A DNA stretch of 34,153 bases, from NCBI GenBank assembly GCA_041548245.1, contig JBFESZ010000012.1:1-34153 (forward strand), given 5' to 3'. The stretch's first letter is position 1; the number at the start of each line of letters is the position of its first letter. Of this stretch, positions 26,743 through 34,153 are shown in pieces. Under the pieces are notes generated by a model, which was not told the DNA's origin, ran no database searches, and saw only the letters and a list, made by a program, of their open reading frames with translations. A program made the translations under genes and the position numbers. The DNA is from Sulfurimonadaceae bacterium (GTDB taxonomy: Bacteria > Campylobacterota > Campylobacteria > Campylobacterales > Sulfurimonadaceae).

Positions 26743-28041
26743 ATGAAGATTATGACAATCCTTTCTACTGCCGATACGCAATTTAGCGCAGCTTTTGAAG
26801 AATTACTTGGACGTGGCAAGATGGACATCGAGCATGTCTCGACAATCGTTAATGGGATAATTTCTGAGATCAAAACGGAAAAAAACGGTGCATTAAAACG
26901 CCATATTTCAAAGTTTGATAACTGGACACCCGAAAACGATGAAGCGTTGAAGATCGAAACAAGTGTCATGAAAGAGGCCTATGATGCCTTAGACGTAAAA
27001 CTAAAATCTGCATTGCATCTTGCTTATGACCGTATTAAGGCCTATCATGAAAAGCAGCTTCCAAAGTCATGGTTTGATACGGAAGCTAACGGTACGATTT
27101 TGGGTCAGAAAGTCACGGCTGTTGACAGAGCAGGGCTTTATATTCCTGGTGGAAAAGCAGCATATCCTTCATCGCTTCTTATGAATGTTATTCCTGCACA
27201 GGTGGCCGGTGTGGAGGAGATTATCGTCTGTACGCCAACGCCCGATAATGAGCCTAATCATCTATTGCTTGCGGCATGTCATCTATGTGGCGTCAGTCAC
27301 GTCTTCAAAGTTGGCGGTGCCTCTGCGATTGCCGCTATGGCTTACGGAACCGAGACTATTCCAAAGGTAGACGTCATCACGGGACCGGGGAACATCTTTG
27401 TCGCTACGGCAAAAAAACTTGTGTTTGGGGAAGTGAACATCGATATGATAGCCGGCCCGAGTGAGATCGGTATTTTAGCAGATGATACAGCCAACCCGAA
27501 TCATCTGGCGATTGATCTTCTTTCCCAGGCGGAACATGACGAGATGGCATCTTCCATCCTGATCACACCTTCTCAAAAGATTGCAGACGAAACGGTCATA
27601 GAGATTGAAGTATGGTTGAAAAAACTCCCACGTGAAGCGATTGCACGTAAGTCTATAGAAGAGCGTGGTGCTGTTATCATCACCAAAGATATGGATGAGG
27701 CAGTGAATTTGATGAATGAGATTGCTCCTGAACATCTTGAAGTGGTGACGCAAAATCCATTTGATCTCTTACCACGTATTAAGCATGCCGGTGCGATTTT
27801 CTTAGGTCCAAACACGCCTGAAGCTATTGGAGACTATATGGCCGGTCCAAACCATACATTGCCGACAGGCGGTACGGCGAAGTTCTATTCTCCTCTTGGT
27901 GTTGAGAATTTTATGAAAAAATCTTCAATTATCTCATTTTCTGCCGATGCTATTAACGAAGTTGGCGAAGCTTGTGCTATGATAGCTAACACAGAAAGTT
28001 TAACGGCTCATGAGCAGTCTGTTCGGGTGCGGTTAAAATAA
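26743..28041 (+). CDS. hisD: Histidinol dehydrogenase
   Basis: GLYIPGG.AAYPSS, GPGNIFV, IDMIAGPSE, DLLSQAEHD, APEHL, GDYMAGPNHTLPT. Confidence 0.98.
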   Translation: MKIMTILSTADTQFSAAFEELLGRGKMDIEHVSTIVNGIISEIKTEKNGALKRHISKFDNWTPENDEALKIETSVMKEAYDALDVKLKSALHLAYDRIKAYHEKQLPKSWFDTEANGTILGQKVTAVDRAGLYIPGGKAAYPSSLLMNVIPAQVAGVEEIIVCTPTPDNEPNHLLLAACHLCGVSHVFKVGGASAIAAMAYGTETIPKVDVITGPGNIFVATAKKLVFGEVNIDMIAGPSEIGILADDTANPNHLAIDLLSQAEHDEMASSILITPSQKIADETVIEIEVWLKKLPREAIARKSIEERGAVIITKDMDEAVNLMNEIAPEHLEVVTQNPFDLLPRIKHAGAIFLGPNTPEAIGDYMAGPNHTLPTGGTAKFYSPLGVENFMKKSSIISFSADAINEVGEACAMIANTESLTAHEQSVRVRLK

Positions 28042-28062
28042 ATCACATAAACAGGATAAGTC

Positions 28063-28566
28063 ATGGAAACATTACTTCTTCACCCACCTTTGGTGCATTT
28101 TGCAATCGTGTTGCCCCTCGTGGCCCTTTTCTTTCAAATCGCATACAGCGTCTCCAACAATTACCTCTATTCACAATGGGCGTCTCGTATTTTGGTATTT
28201 GCTGCTCTCTTTATGGTCGCTGCCTGGTATACAGGCGGACAACAGGGACAGGATGTCTATCCACTGCTTTCAGAAGAGGGGCAAGCCACGCTTAAAGAGC
28301 ATAAAGATCTTGGATTTTATTTAATGATAGGAACGATTGTATTGGCCCTCATAAAGTTTATTGCCTGCAAAGCAAGAAACGTGTTGTTGGAGACAGTCGT
28401 TTTGATCGGCCTATTAGGTGCTTCATCAGTCTTGGCTTATCAAGGGCTTATCGGTGGTGATGTCGTTTACAAGCATGGCGGCGGTGTCCAAAACTATTCA
28501 GACGGTATGGATTGCTTGTCTGAGCAGGCAGAAAATGAAGAAGAAGCTGAAGAAGCAACAGAGTAA
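28063..28566 (+). CDS. DUF2231-like four-helix membrane protein with an acidic tail
   Basis: HPPLVHFAI, TG, later His (EHKDLG), G..GG.VVYKHG.GV; AGGA RBS. Confidence 0.8.
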   Translation: METLLLHPPLVHFAIVLPLVALFFQIAYSVSNNYLYSQWASRILVFAALFMVAAWYTGGQQGQDVYPLLSEEGQATLKEHKDLGFYLMIGTIVLALIKFIACKARNVLLETVVLIGLLGASSVLAYQGLIGGDVVYKHGGGVQNYSDGMDCLSEQAENEEEAEEATE

Positions 28567-28871
28567 TAAAGCTATCAGACGACTGAATTTAGCCTCTGGT
28601 CGTCTATCCACATTAATAATAAATATAACTACTTTCAATGTCAAGTTCAATAACTTTTTATCAACGAAAAACAACAATAAAAATATGGTATTTCTTATTT
28701 TACACATAGGCTGAAAATTATAAGAAAAATTTCAACTTCTTTAGTTTTAGATAAGATTGTTTCAGCTATTATCCCCCTAGGTAAGTTTTCTTATTTGATT
28801 AAAATAAGGTTTGCTTCTAAATACGTATTAGTTAACTGATGTTCACAATATTGTCATACAATATTTGAAGT

Positions 28872-28877
28872 TATAAT
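28872..28877 (+). promoter_or_regulatory. -10 box (gtTATAAT) for the oxidoreductase operon
   Basis: gnTATAAT followed by a strong AGGAGG RBS before ATG 28907. Confidence 0.6.
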
Positions 28878-28906
28878 ATTCATAATCTTAAGTAGGAGGA
28901 GAATGA

Positions 28907-29548
28907 ATGCATTTAGGTTTCTTAGTAGACTTGCACCTATGTATGGGTTGTAAGGGCTGCGAAATTGCATGTAAAGTCGAAAACGAGGTACCATTAAGTA
29001 CCTGGCGTCTTCGTGTTAAGTATGTAGATGTGGGTGTCTTCCCAGAGACAAAACGTACATTTACTCCATTACGTTGTAACCACTGTACAAATGCTCCTTG
29101 TGAGCGTATATGTCCGGTATCTGCACTTCATTATATTGAAAATGGTATCGTTAATATCGATAAAGAACGTTGTATCGGTTGTGCAGGTTGTGTTATGGCT
29201 TGTCCTTACGGCGCGATCTACATCGATCCTGAAACTCAAACAGCCGATAAATGTACTTATTGTGCACACCGTATCGCTTCTAGTTTGATGCCAGCTTGTG
29301 TTGTCGCTTGTCCTGTTGAAGCGAATATCTTCGGTGATCTTGACGATCCTGCATCAAATATCAGCCGTTATATTATGGAAAACCAAGGTGATGTACAAGT
29401 ACGTAAACCTGAGAAAGGCACAGATCCTAAACACTATTATGTTGGTGGCGGTAATGTTACACTTAATCCACTTGCATCACATCGTGCAGAGGGTCATAAC
29501 TTGTTCAATAAACTTACGACTAAAATGCCAATTGGAGGACACCACTAA
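28907..29548 (+). CDS. Four-cluster 4Fe-4S electron-transfer subunit (NrfC/PsrB/DmsB family)
   Basis: 16 Cys in four groups: CMGCKGCEIAC, CNHC..PC..ICP, CIGCAGCVMACP, CTYC..PACVVACP. Confidence 0.93.
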   Translation: MHLGFLVDLHLCMGCKGCEIACKVENEVPLSTWRLRVKYVDVGVFPETKRTFTPLRCNHCTNAPCERICPVSALHYIENGIVNIDKERCIGCAGCVMACPYGAIYIDPETQTADKCTYCAHRIASSLMPACVVACPVEANIFGDLDDPASNISRYIMENQGDVQVRKPEKGTDPKHYYVGGGNVTLNPLASHRAEGHNLFNKLTTKMPIGGHH

Positions 29549-30447
29549 TGCTAGATTTACCATTAGATGCAACTCACGCAGTTGTTACACTTGACGTTGG
29601 ACTTCCGGGTATCGTTTGGGGTTGGATTATTACAATGAATATGTGGGCGAAGAGTATCGGTACAGGTGTTATCTTCATTCTTTTCTATCTTCTTAAGAAG
29701 TATCCAAATGAAGCGGCCTATTTACGTTTTCCATTAACCGTAGTATCTATTATCACGATTCACGTATTCTTATTCTTTACTGTTATCGACTTACACCAGA
29801 TGTTTAGATTCTGGCATATCTTTTTCCATCCACACTGGACATCGGCTATTACAGTTGGTGCATGGATGGCAACAGGTTTTGTGGGTCTGATTTTCTTGCT
29901 AGCGTATCTTTCATATATCAAGAAAGACAATGAAGCATTTGACAAAGTGTTGCTTTGGACAGTTATACTTGGTATTCCAGTAACGCTGTATACTGCAGGA
30001 CTTATGGCTGAATCTACAGCGCGTGAATTATGGCAGATGCCAACAGAAGCAGCGCAGATGATTCTTGCAGCGACACTTGCAGGTTCAGCGACAACCCTTC
30101 TTATGGGTGGCAAGCTTCCGTATGAAGCGAAGCGTGATCTTGCTGTCATCCTTGGGCTGTCTGCTCTAGCAGCTTTTATCCTGTATATGAGTGAATTGAT
30201 TTTTGGTCCAATGAAGGCTGAAGAAGTTGCGGCTGTGTTACAGTATATTAAAGGTCACGGTGAATATACGACAATGTTCTGGATTGGTCAAGTATTCGCA
30301 TTCATTGTACCAATGGTACTTGTGACACTAAGTGTTCAAAATAAATCAACTGGTCTTTTGACTTTGGCATCGGTATCTGCTCTTGCAGGTCTATGGGTGA
30401 CTAAGCATGTATGGCTAGTAATTCCACAACTATTACCAATGAGCTAA
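29548..30447 (+). CDS. NrfD/PsrC-family membrane anchor (quinol-interacting)
   Basis: About 8 hydrophobic helices, WG.I, DLHQMFRFW, SAITVGAW, YTAGL...RELW; TAATG translational coupling. Confidence 0.9.
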   Translation: MLDLPLDATHAVVTLDVGLPGIVWGWIITMNMWAKSIGTGVIFILFYLLKKYPNEAAYLRFPLTVVSIITIHVFLFFTVIDLHQMFRFWHIFFHPHWTSAITVGAWMATGFVGLIFLLAYLSYIKKDNEAFDKVLLWTVILGIPVTLYTAGLMAESTARELWQMPTEAAQMILAATLAGSATTLLMGGKLPYEAKRDLAVILGLSALAAFILYMSELIFGPMKAEEVAAVLQYIKGHGEYTTMFWIGQVFAFIVPMVLVTLSVQNKSTGLLTLASVSALAGLWVTKHVWLVIPQLLPMS

Positions 30448-30459
30448 GGAGGCCACTGA

Positions 30460-33400
30460 ATGTTTTTAGAAAACAGAAGAACATTTCTTAAAGGTGCTGC
30501 ATTTACTGTTGCAGGCGCCGCTATCGCTAAAAATGTAATCAGCACGGATGTTTTGGCTGAATCTCTAAATGAGAGCAAGTTCACAAACACACCTGATTCT
30601 TTAGCATTTTATCCACCACTAGATCAATGGGATGATTTCAAAGAACTAGACGGTGATGACTGGAAACGCGGTGGTATTGGCCGTAAAGGTGTGCGTTCAG
30701 AAGAGAACCCAGACGGTATTGAAGTAAACGATTTTGCAATCGTTCCTACAGCATGTTCAAACTGTGAAGCCTCTTGTGGTCTTACAGCTTGGATTGATAA
30801 GAAAACTTTCACAGTTAAGAAATACATGGGTAACCCATTACACCCGGGTTCACGAGGACGTAACTGTGCAAAAGGTTATGCAGCTCAGTCTCAAATGTAC
30901 GATCCGGATCGTCTTGCATTCCCAATCAAGAGAGCTCCAGGTTCTAAGCGTGGTGAAGGTAAGTGGATCCGTGTAACTTGGGATGATGCGATGACAGCTA
31001 TCGGTAAGAAGATGGGTGACACGCTACGCAAAGGTGATGAGCTTTCTAAAAAATCTGTAATGTTCCATGTTGGTCGTCCAAATGAGAATGGTTTCACAGG
31101 TAAAGTATGGCAAACGCTTGGTACGGATGCATTCAACTCACATACAAACATCTGTTCATCAGGTGGACGTACACCGACTATCCAGTGGGCAAACGATGAC
31201 CGTTCATCTCCAGACTGGGCTAATGCAAAGCTTGTATTCCTTAACTCATCTCATGCAGCGGATGCAGGTCACTATTTCCAGCAAGCGGCAGGTCATATCG
31301 CTGATGCACGTAAAAAAGGTGCTAAACTTGTTGTTATGGACCCACGTATGTCAAACTCAGCTGGTATGGCAGACCTTTGGATCGCAGCGTGGCCAGGTAC
31401 AGAAGCAGTTATCTATCTTTACCTTGTAAACCGCATTCTACAAGAAGATCAGGTTAACAAAGAGTTTGTACGTAAATGGTACAACTGGGAAGTGTTCATG
31501 GATAACACTAAATACCTTGAGTTCATGGTTGAGAAAAACTATATCTCTGCGGTTCCTAAGAAGAGAGATTTTGATACATTCTTGAAAGTACTTAAAGAAC
31601 TTTATGCTCCATATACACTTGAATATGCAGTGAAAGAGTCTCATGTTCCGGCATACAAACTAGAGAAACTGTATGATATGTTCATCTGGGCTGACACATC
31701 GATCTCTTCTTACTTCTGGCGTGCTGCTGCAGCGGGTAACCGTGGTGGTTGGACTTCAGGTCGTAGCGGTTTCATGGCACTTGGTCTACGTGGTGCTATC
31801 GGTCCTAAGGGTGGTACATTCTTCCACCACTGGCACGTTATCTCTGTTGCCGGTAAAGGTGGTTCTGCTACTGTCGGTCAGGGTGCTCGTGGTTCTAAAG
31901 TACCTAAAGTCGACGTTTGGAATGAGCTTACTTGGCCACCTGAATGGCCTCTATCGACGTATGAGATGTCATACCTGCTTCCACACCTGTTAAGTGATAC
32001 AGAGTGGCAGCAAAAATGGATTTCCAAAGGTCTTAACGTACCGACTAAACTTTCTGTTTGGGTTCCACGTATGTACAATCCGGTTTGGATCAATCCAGAT
32101 GGTTTCCGTTGGTTGGAAGTGCTTAAAGACGAGTCTAAGATGGAACTTACGTTCAACCTTTCACCGGTATGGTCTGAGACTAACTGGTATGTTGATTATG
32201 TTCTTCCGGTTGGTCTTGCTGGTGAGCGTCACGATCAGCATTCAGAAGCGACTATGCCGGCTCGTTGGACATCATTCCGCCAGCCTGTTATGCGTGTTGC
32301 GCTTGAAAAAGCTGGCTGGAAGCCAAACAACCCTAACCGTGCAACACTTGAGGCACATATTAAAGCGGGTCTTGGTGAAGTATGGGAAGAGAATGAGTTC
32401 TGGTTCGACATGTGTGTTAACTACATTGACCCGGATGGTTCTCTTAACATCAAAAAGATGTGGGAATCAAAACGTCATCCAGGCAAACCGGTTACGATTG
32501 CTGAGTGGTATGATGCAGCATTTGGTGATAACTTGCCAAATCTTAAACGTACTGCGACGACTGATCCTAAGTATAAAGATTCTGAATTCCCAGTGTATGA
32601 GTATATGAGAGATCACGGAGCATGGTTGGAAGAAAATCACATCTATTCTCCGCAAGAACGTGAACTTAAAGAGGATGGCGATAATCTTATCGCTCATGGC
32701 CATAAGTATAATAAACATCATGTGCATACTGATAAGCGTACGGGTGTTATTTCAGCTGATGCGCACGGTGATGCATGGAAATACCCAGGCGGTAAGAAAC
32801 CGATCGGTATTGTTGTCGATGGCAAGAAAATGGAAGGTTTTGCTACTATGGATAAGAAGCTTGACTTCTTCTCTGAGTGGTTCGCTTCTGATGAATGGAA
32901 ATGGCCAGAATTTGCAGTTCCTTTCTATCCTCGTAATGATGAAGAGAAGAAAGAGATGCAAGAGATTGTTTCACACGTTAACCACATGTACATGACTGAG
33001 GAAAACTCTTATGCACTTAACACAGTGTTCCGTTTACCTTATAATATCCATACACGTTCGGCTAACTCGAAGCATTTGATGGAGATCTCTCAGAACCATG
33101 ATCCAATCTGGATTTCAACTGGAGATGCTGAACGTCAAGGCTTTAAGCGTGGTGATGCGATCCGCGTCGAGATTGTTGACTCCGTATCTGGTCTAAGCTC
33201 TGGATACTTTGTTGCAATGGCAGTACCTACAGAAGGTGTTCTGCCAGGTACACTTGCATGTTCACACCATGGTGGACGTTGGAAGCTAGTTAACTCTGTT
33301 ACGATTCCTAACGGGGTTACAGATGGTAAAGTGGCTGCAACTAATGCACCACGTAGCATGCATGATGAGGCATTTATGAAAGAGTCACCGGTTAACGCTG

Positions 33401-33876
33401 GTTCTGAAGGTGCACAGATCAAGATTGAAGATTACTCTGGTACAGCTGGTCTCAACAGCTTTGGTGTACCATTGGCTGAGATCCAGATGGACGGTAAAGA
33501 GGGTAAAATGAAATATACTCAAGGTATCGTACCATTCAAATCTGAGCGTTTTGCTGATTACAACAAAGACTCTGACAACATCTGGTGGGATGGTCTTTCG
33601 GGTTCATGGCAAAATGCAGTTGCAGCGCCACACCCGGATCCAATCTCAGGTATGCACTGTTGGCACCAGAAAGTTATTTTGGAACCTGCACAGCCGGGTG
33701 ACAACATTGGTGACATCTATGTTAACTATGAAAATAACTTCAAAATTTACCAAGGATGGAGAGACCAACTTACTCGTCCACTAAACGAGAACGATAAGTT
33801 ACGTCGTCCACAACACATTAAGCGTCCATGGGTTCCACTATCGGACAAAGCTTATAAAGTAGAGATAAAAGCGTAA
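30460..33876 (+). CDS. Large Tat-exported Mo/W-bis-PGD oxidoreductase catalytic subunit (Psr/Ttr/Arr-type branch), substrate unknown
   Basis: Tat motif NRRTFLK; FS0 Cys99/102/106/136 (CSNCEASC...CAKG); YDPDRL; putative Mo ligand Cys232 in NSHTNICS; DPRMSNSA; SET..YVDYVLP; C-terminal dinucleotide-binding domain HTRSAN..DA...G..RGD. Confidence 0.9.
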   Translation: MFLENRRTFLKGAAFTVAGAAIAKNVISTDVLAESLNESKFTNTPDSLAFYPPLDQWDDFKELDGDDWKRGGIGRKGVRSEENPDGIEVNDFAIVPTACSNCEASCGLTAWIDKKTFTVKKYMGNPLHPGSRGRNCAKGYAAQSQMYDPDRLAFPIKRAPGSKRGEGKWIRVTWDDAMTAIGKKMGDTLRKGDELSKKSVMFHVGRPNENGFTGKVWQTLGTDAFNSHTNICSSGGRTPTIQWANDDRSSPDWANAKLVFLNSSHAADAGHYFQQAAGHIADARKKGAKLVVMDPRMSNSAGMADLWIAAWPGTEAVIYLYLVNRILQEDQVNKEFVRKWYNWEVFMDNTKYLEFMVEKNYISAVPKKRDFDTFLKVLKELYAPYTLEYAVKESHVPAYKLEKLYDMFIWADTSISSYFWRAAAAGNRGGWTSGRSGFMALGLRGAIGPKGGTFFHHWHVISVAGKGGSATVGQGARGSKVPKVDVWNELTWPPEWPLSTYEMSYLLPHLLSDTEWQQKWISKGLNVPTKLSVWVPRMYNPVWINPDGFRWLEVLKDESKMELTFNLSPVWSETNWYVDYVLPVGLAGERHDQHSEATMPARWTSFRQPVMRVALEKAGWKPNNPNRATLEAHIKAGLGEVWEENEFWFDMCVNYIDPDGSLNIKKMWESKRHPGKPVTIAEWYDAAFGDNLPNLKRTATTDPKYKDSEFPVYEYMRDHGAWLEENHIYSPQERELKEDGDNLIAHGHKYNKHHVHTDKRTGVISADAHGDAWKYPGGKKPIGIVVDGKKMEGFATMDKKLDFFSEWFASDEWKWPEFAVPFYPRNDEEKKEMQEIVSHVNHMYMTEENSYALNTVFRLPYNIHTRSANSKHLMEISQNHDPIWISTGDAERQGFKRGDAIRVEIVDSVSGLSSGYFVAMAVPTEGVLPGTLACSHHGGRWKLVNSVTIPNGVTDGKVAATNAPRSMHDEAFMKESPVNAGSEGAQIKIEDYSGTAGLNSFGVPLAEIQMDGKEGKMKYTQGIVPFKSERFADYNKDSDNIWWDGLSGSWQNAVAAPHPDPISGMHCWHQKVILEPAQPGDNIGDIYVNYENNFKIYQGWRDQLTRPLNENDKLRRPQHIKRPWVPLSDKAYKVEIKA

Positions 33877-33892
33877 GCTTTTATCCCTCTAC
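33859..33892. terminator. Stem-loop between convergent genes, probable bidirectional terminator
   Basis: GTAGAG-ATAAAAGC-GTAA-GCTTTTAT-cc-CTCTAC: 14 bp with a 2-nt bulge and a GNRA loop. Confidence 0.6.
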
Positions 33893-33895
33893 ACA

Positions 33896-34153
33896 CTATT
33901 TTATATAATCAGTCCACCACATTCTTAATAATAATCCAACAGTACTTGTATAACCAACTTCACTAAATACCATTTTTTGCTTTTTATCATATATAAAAGT
34001 TGTAGGATAGGCATGAATATTATATAGCTGAGAAAGTTGAGTACTTTTGTCATTTACTACTTTAAAAGTAAGTTTTCTTTCTTTGAGATACTTATGTAGT
34101 TCATAATCAGAACCAGAATTCACAGCTATAGTAATTACATTGTAGTATTTTGA
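33896..34153 (-). CDS. 3' part of a TlpA-like thioredoxin-fold protein disulfide oxidoreductase (truncated by the window edge)
   Basis: Frame is open to the edge: SKYYNVITIAVNSGSD..VVND..YNIHAYPTTFIYD..EVGYTS..GLLLR. The CxxC motif would lie outside the window. Confidence 0.75.
   Translation of the reverse strand, partial: SKYYNVITIAVNSGSDYELHKYLKERKLTFKVVNDKSTQLSQLYNIHAYPTTFIYDKKQKMVFSEVGYTSTVGLLLRMWWTDYIK

Noticed and set aside
28567..28906. Possible Moco/Wco riboswitch, ModE box or small ORFs upstream of the molybdoenzyme operon
   Set aside because: No GC-rich multi-stem pattern or full ModE dyad is visible and the predicted leader is only about 25 nt. ORFs 28418-28714 and 28498-28707 look like AT-rich noise. 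The AGACGAC/GTCGTCT hairpin at 28577-28605 lacks a U-tract.
31994..32608. 204-aa alternative-frame ORF and other nested ORFs in the molybdoenzyme gene
   Set aside because: Explained by strong codon bias depleting off-frame stops; no motifs or RBS.
30460..33876. Calling the molybdoenzyme a formate dehydrogenase, nitrate reductase or selenoprotein
   Set aside because: No in-frame TGA, no Fdh C/U-H active-site motif and no Nap/Nar motifs; the partner is NrfD-type rather than FdhC-type.
1..34153. CRISPR arrays, tRNA/rRNA, IS elements, prophage or defence systems
   Set aside because: No periodic repeats, RNA-gene signatures or integrase/transposase motifs were seen; nearly all the sequence is explained by intact CDSs with short spacers.

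Overview
34 kb of mostly core chromosome from a free-living Campylobacterota bacterium (Sulfurimonas/Sulfurovum-like; inferred from gene content, gene order and promoter style). Contents in order: end of a pseudopilin-like gene, priA, ispG-dnaB-comEC, a convergent yihY-glcD-pgbA block, Csd3-like M23 peptidase-mgtE-NUDIX, cmoA, a small lipoprotein, pepD, a DUF3568-like lipoprotein, nth, two tandem soluble hybrid histidine kinases, a PEB4-like PPIase, a PLP desulfhydrase-like enzyme, a secreted EF-hand protein, fbaA, a 5'-nucleotidase, a second M23 peptidase, a cupin, a secreted MBL-fold hydrolase, hisD, a DUF2231-like protein, a three-gene FeS/NrfD/Tat-exported 1138-aa molybdopterin oxidoreductase operon, and the end of a TlpA-like gene. 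No rRNA, tRNA, CRISPR, IS or prophage was recognised. Best leads: (1) a near-consensus sigma54 (-24/-12) promoter in front of an uncharacterised 85-aa lipoprotein; (2) the oversized, strongly codon-biased Psr/Arr-family molybdoenzyme complex of unknown substrate; (3) an orphan pair of cytoplasmic hybrid kinases, one with a shortened ATP lid; (4) probable leaderless ispG and nth transcripts. All product calls come from motif recognition; no database search was run.
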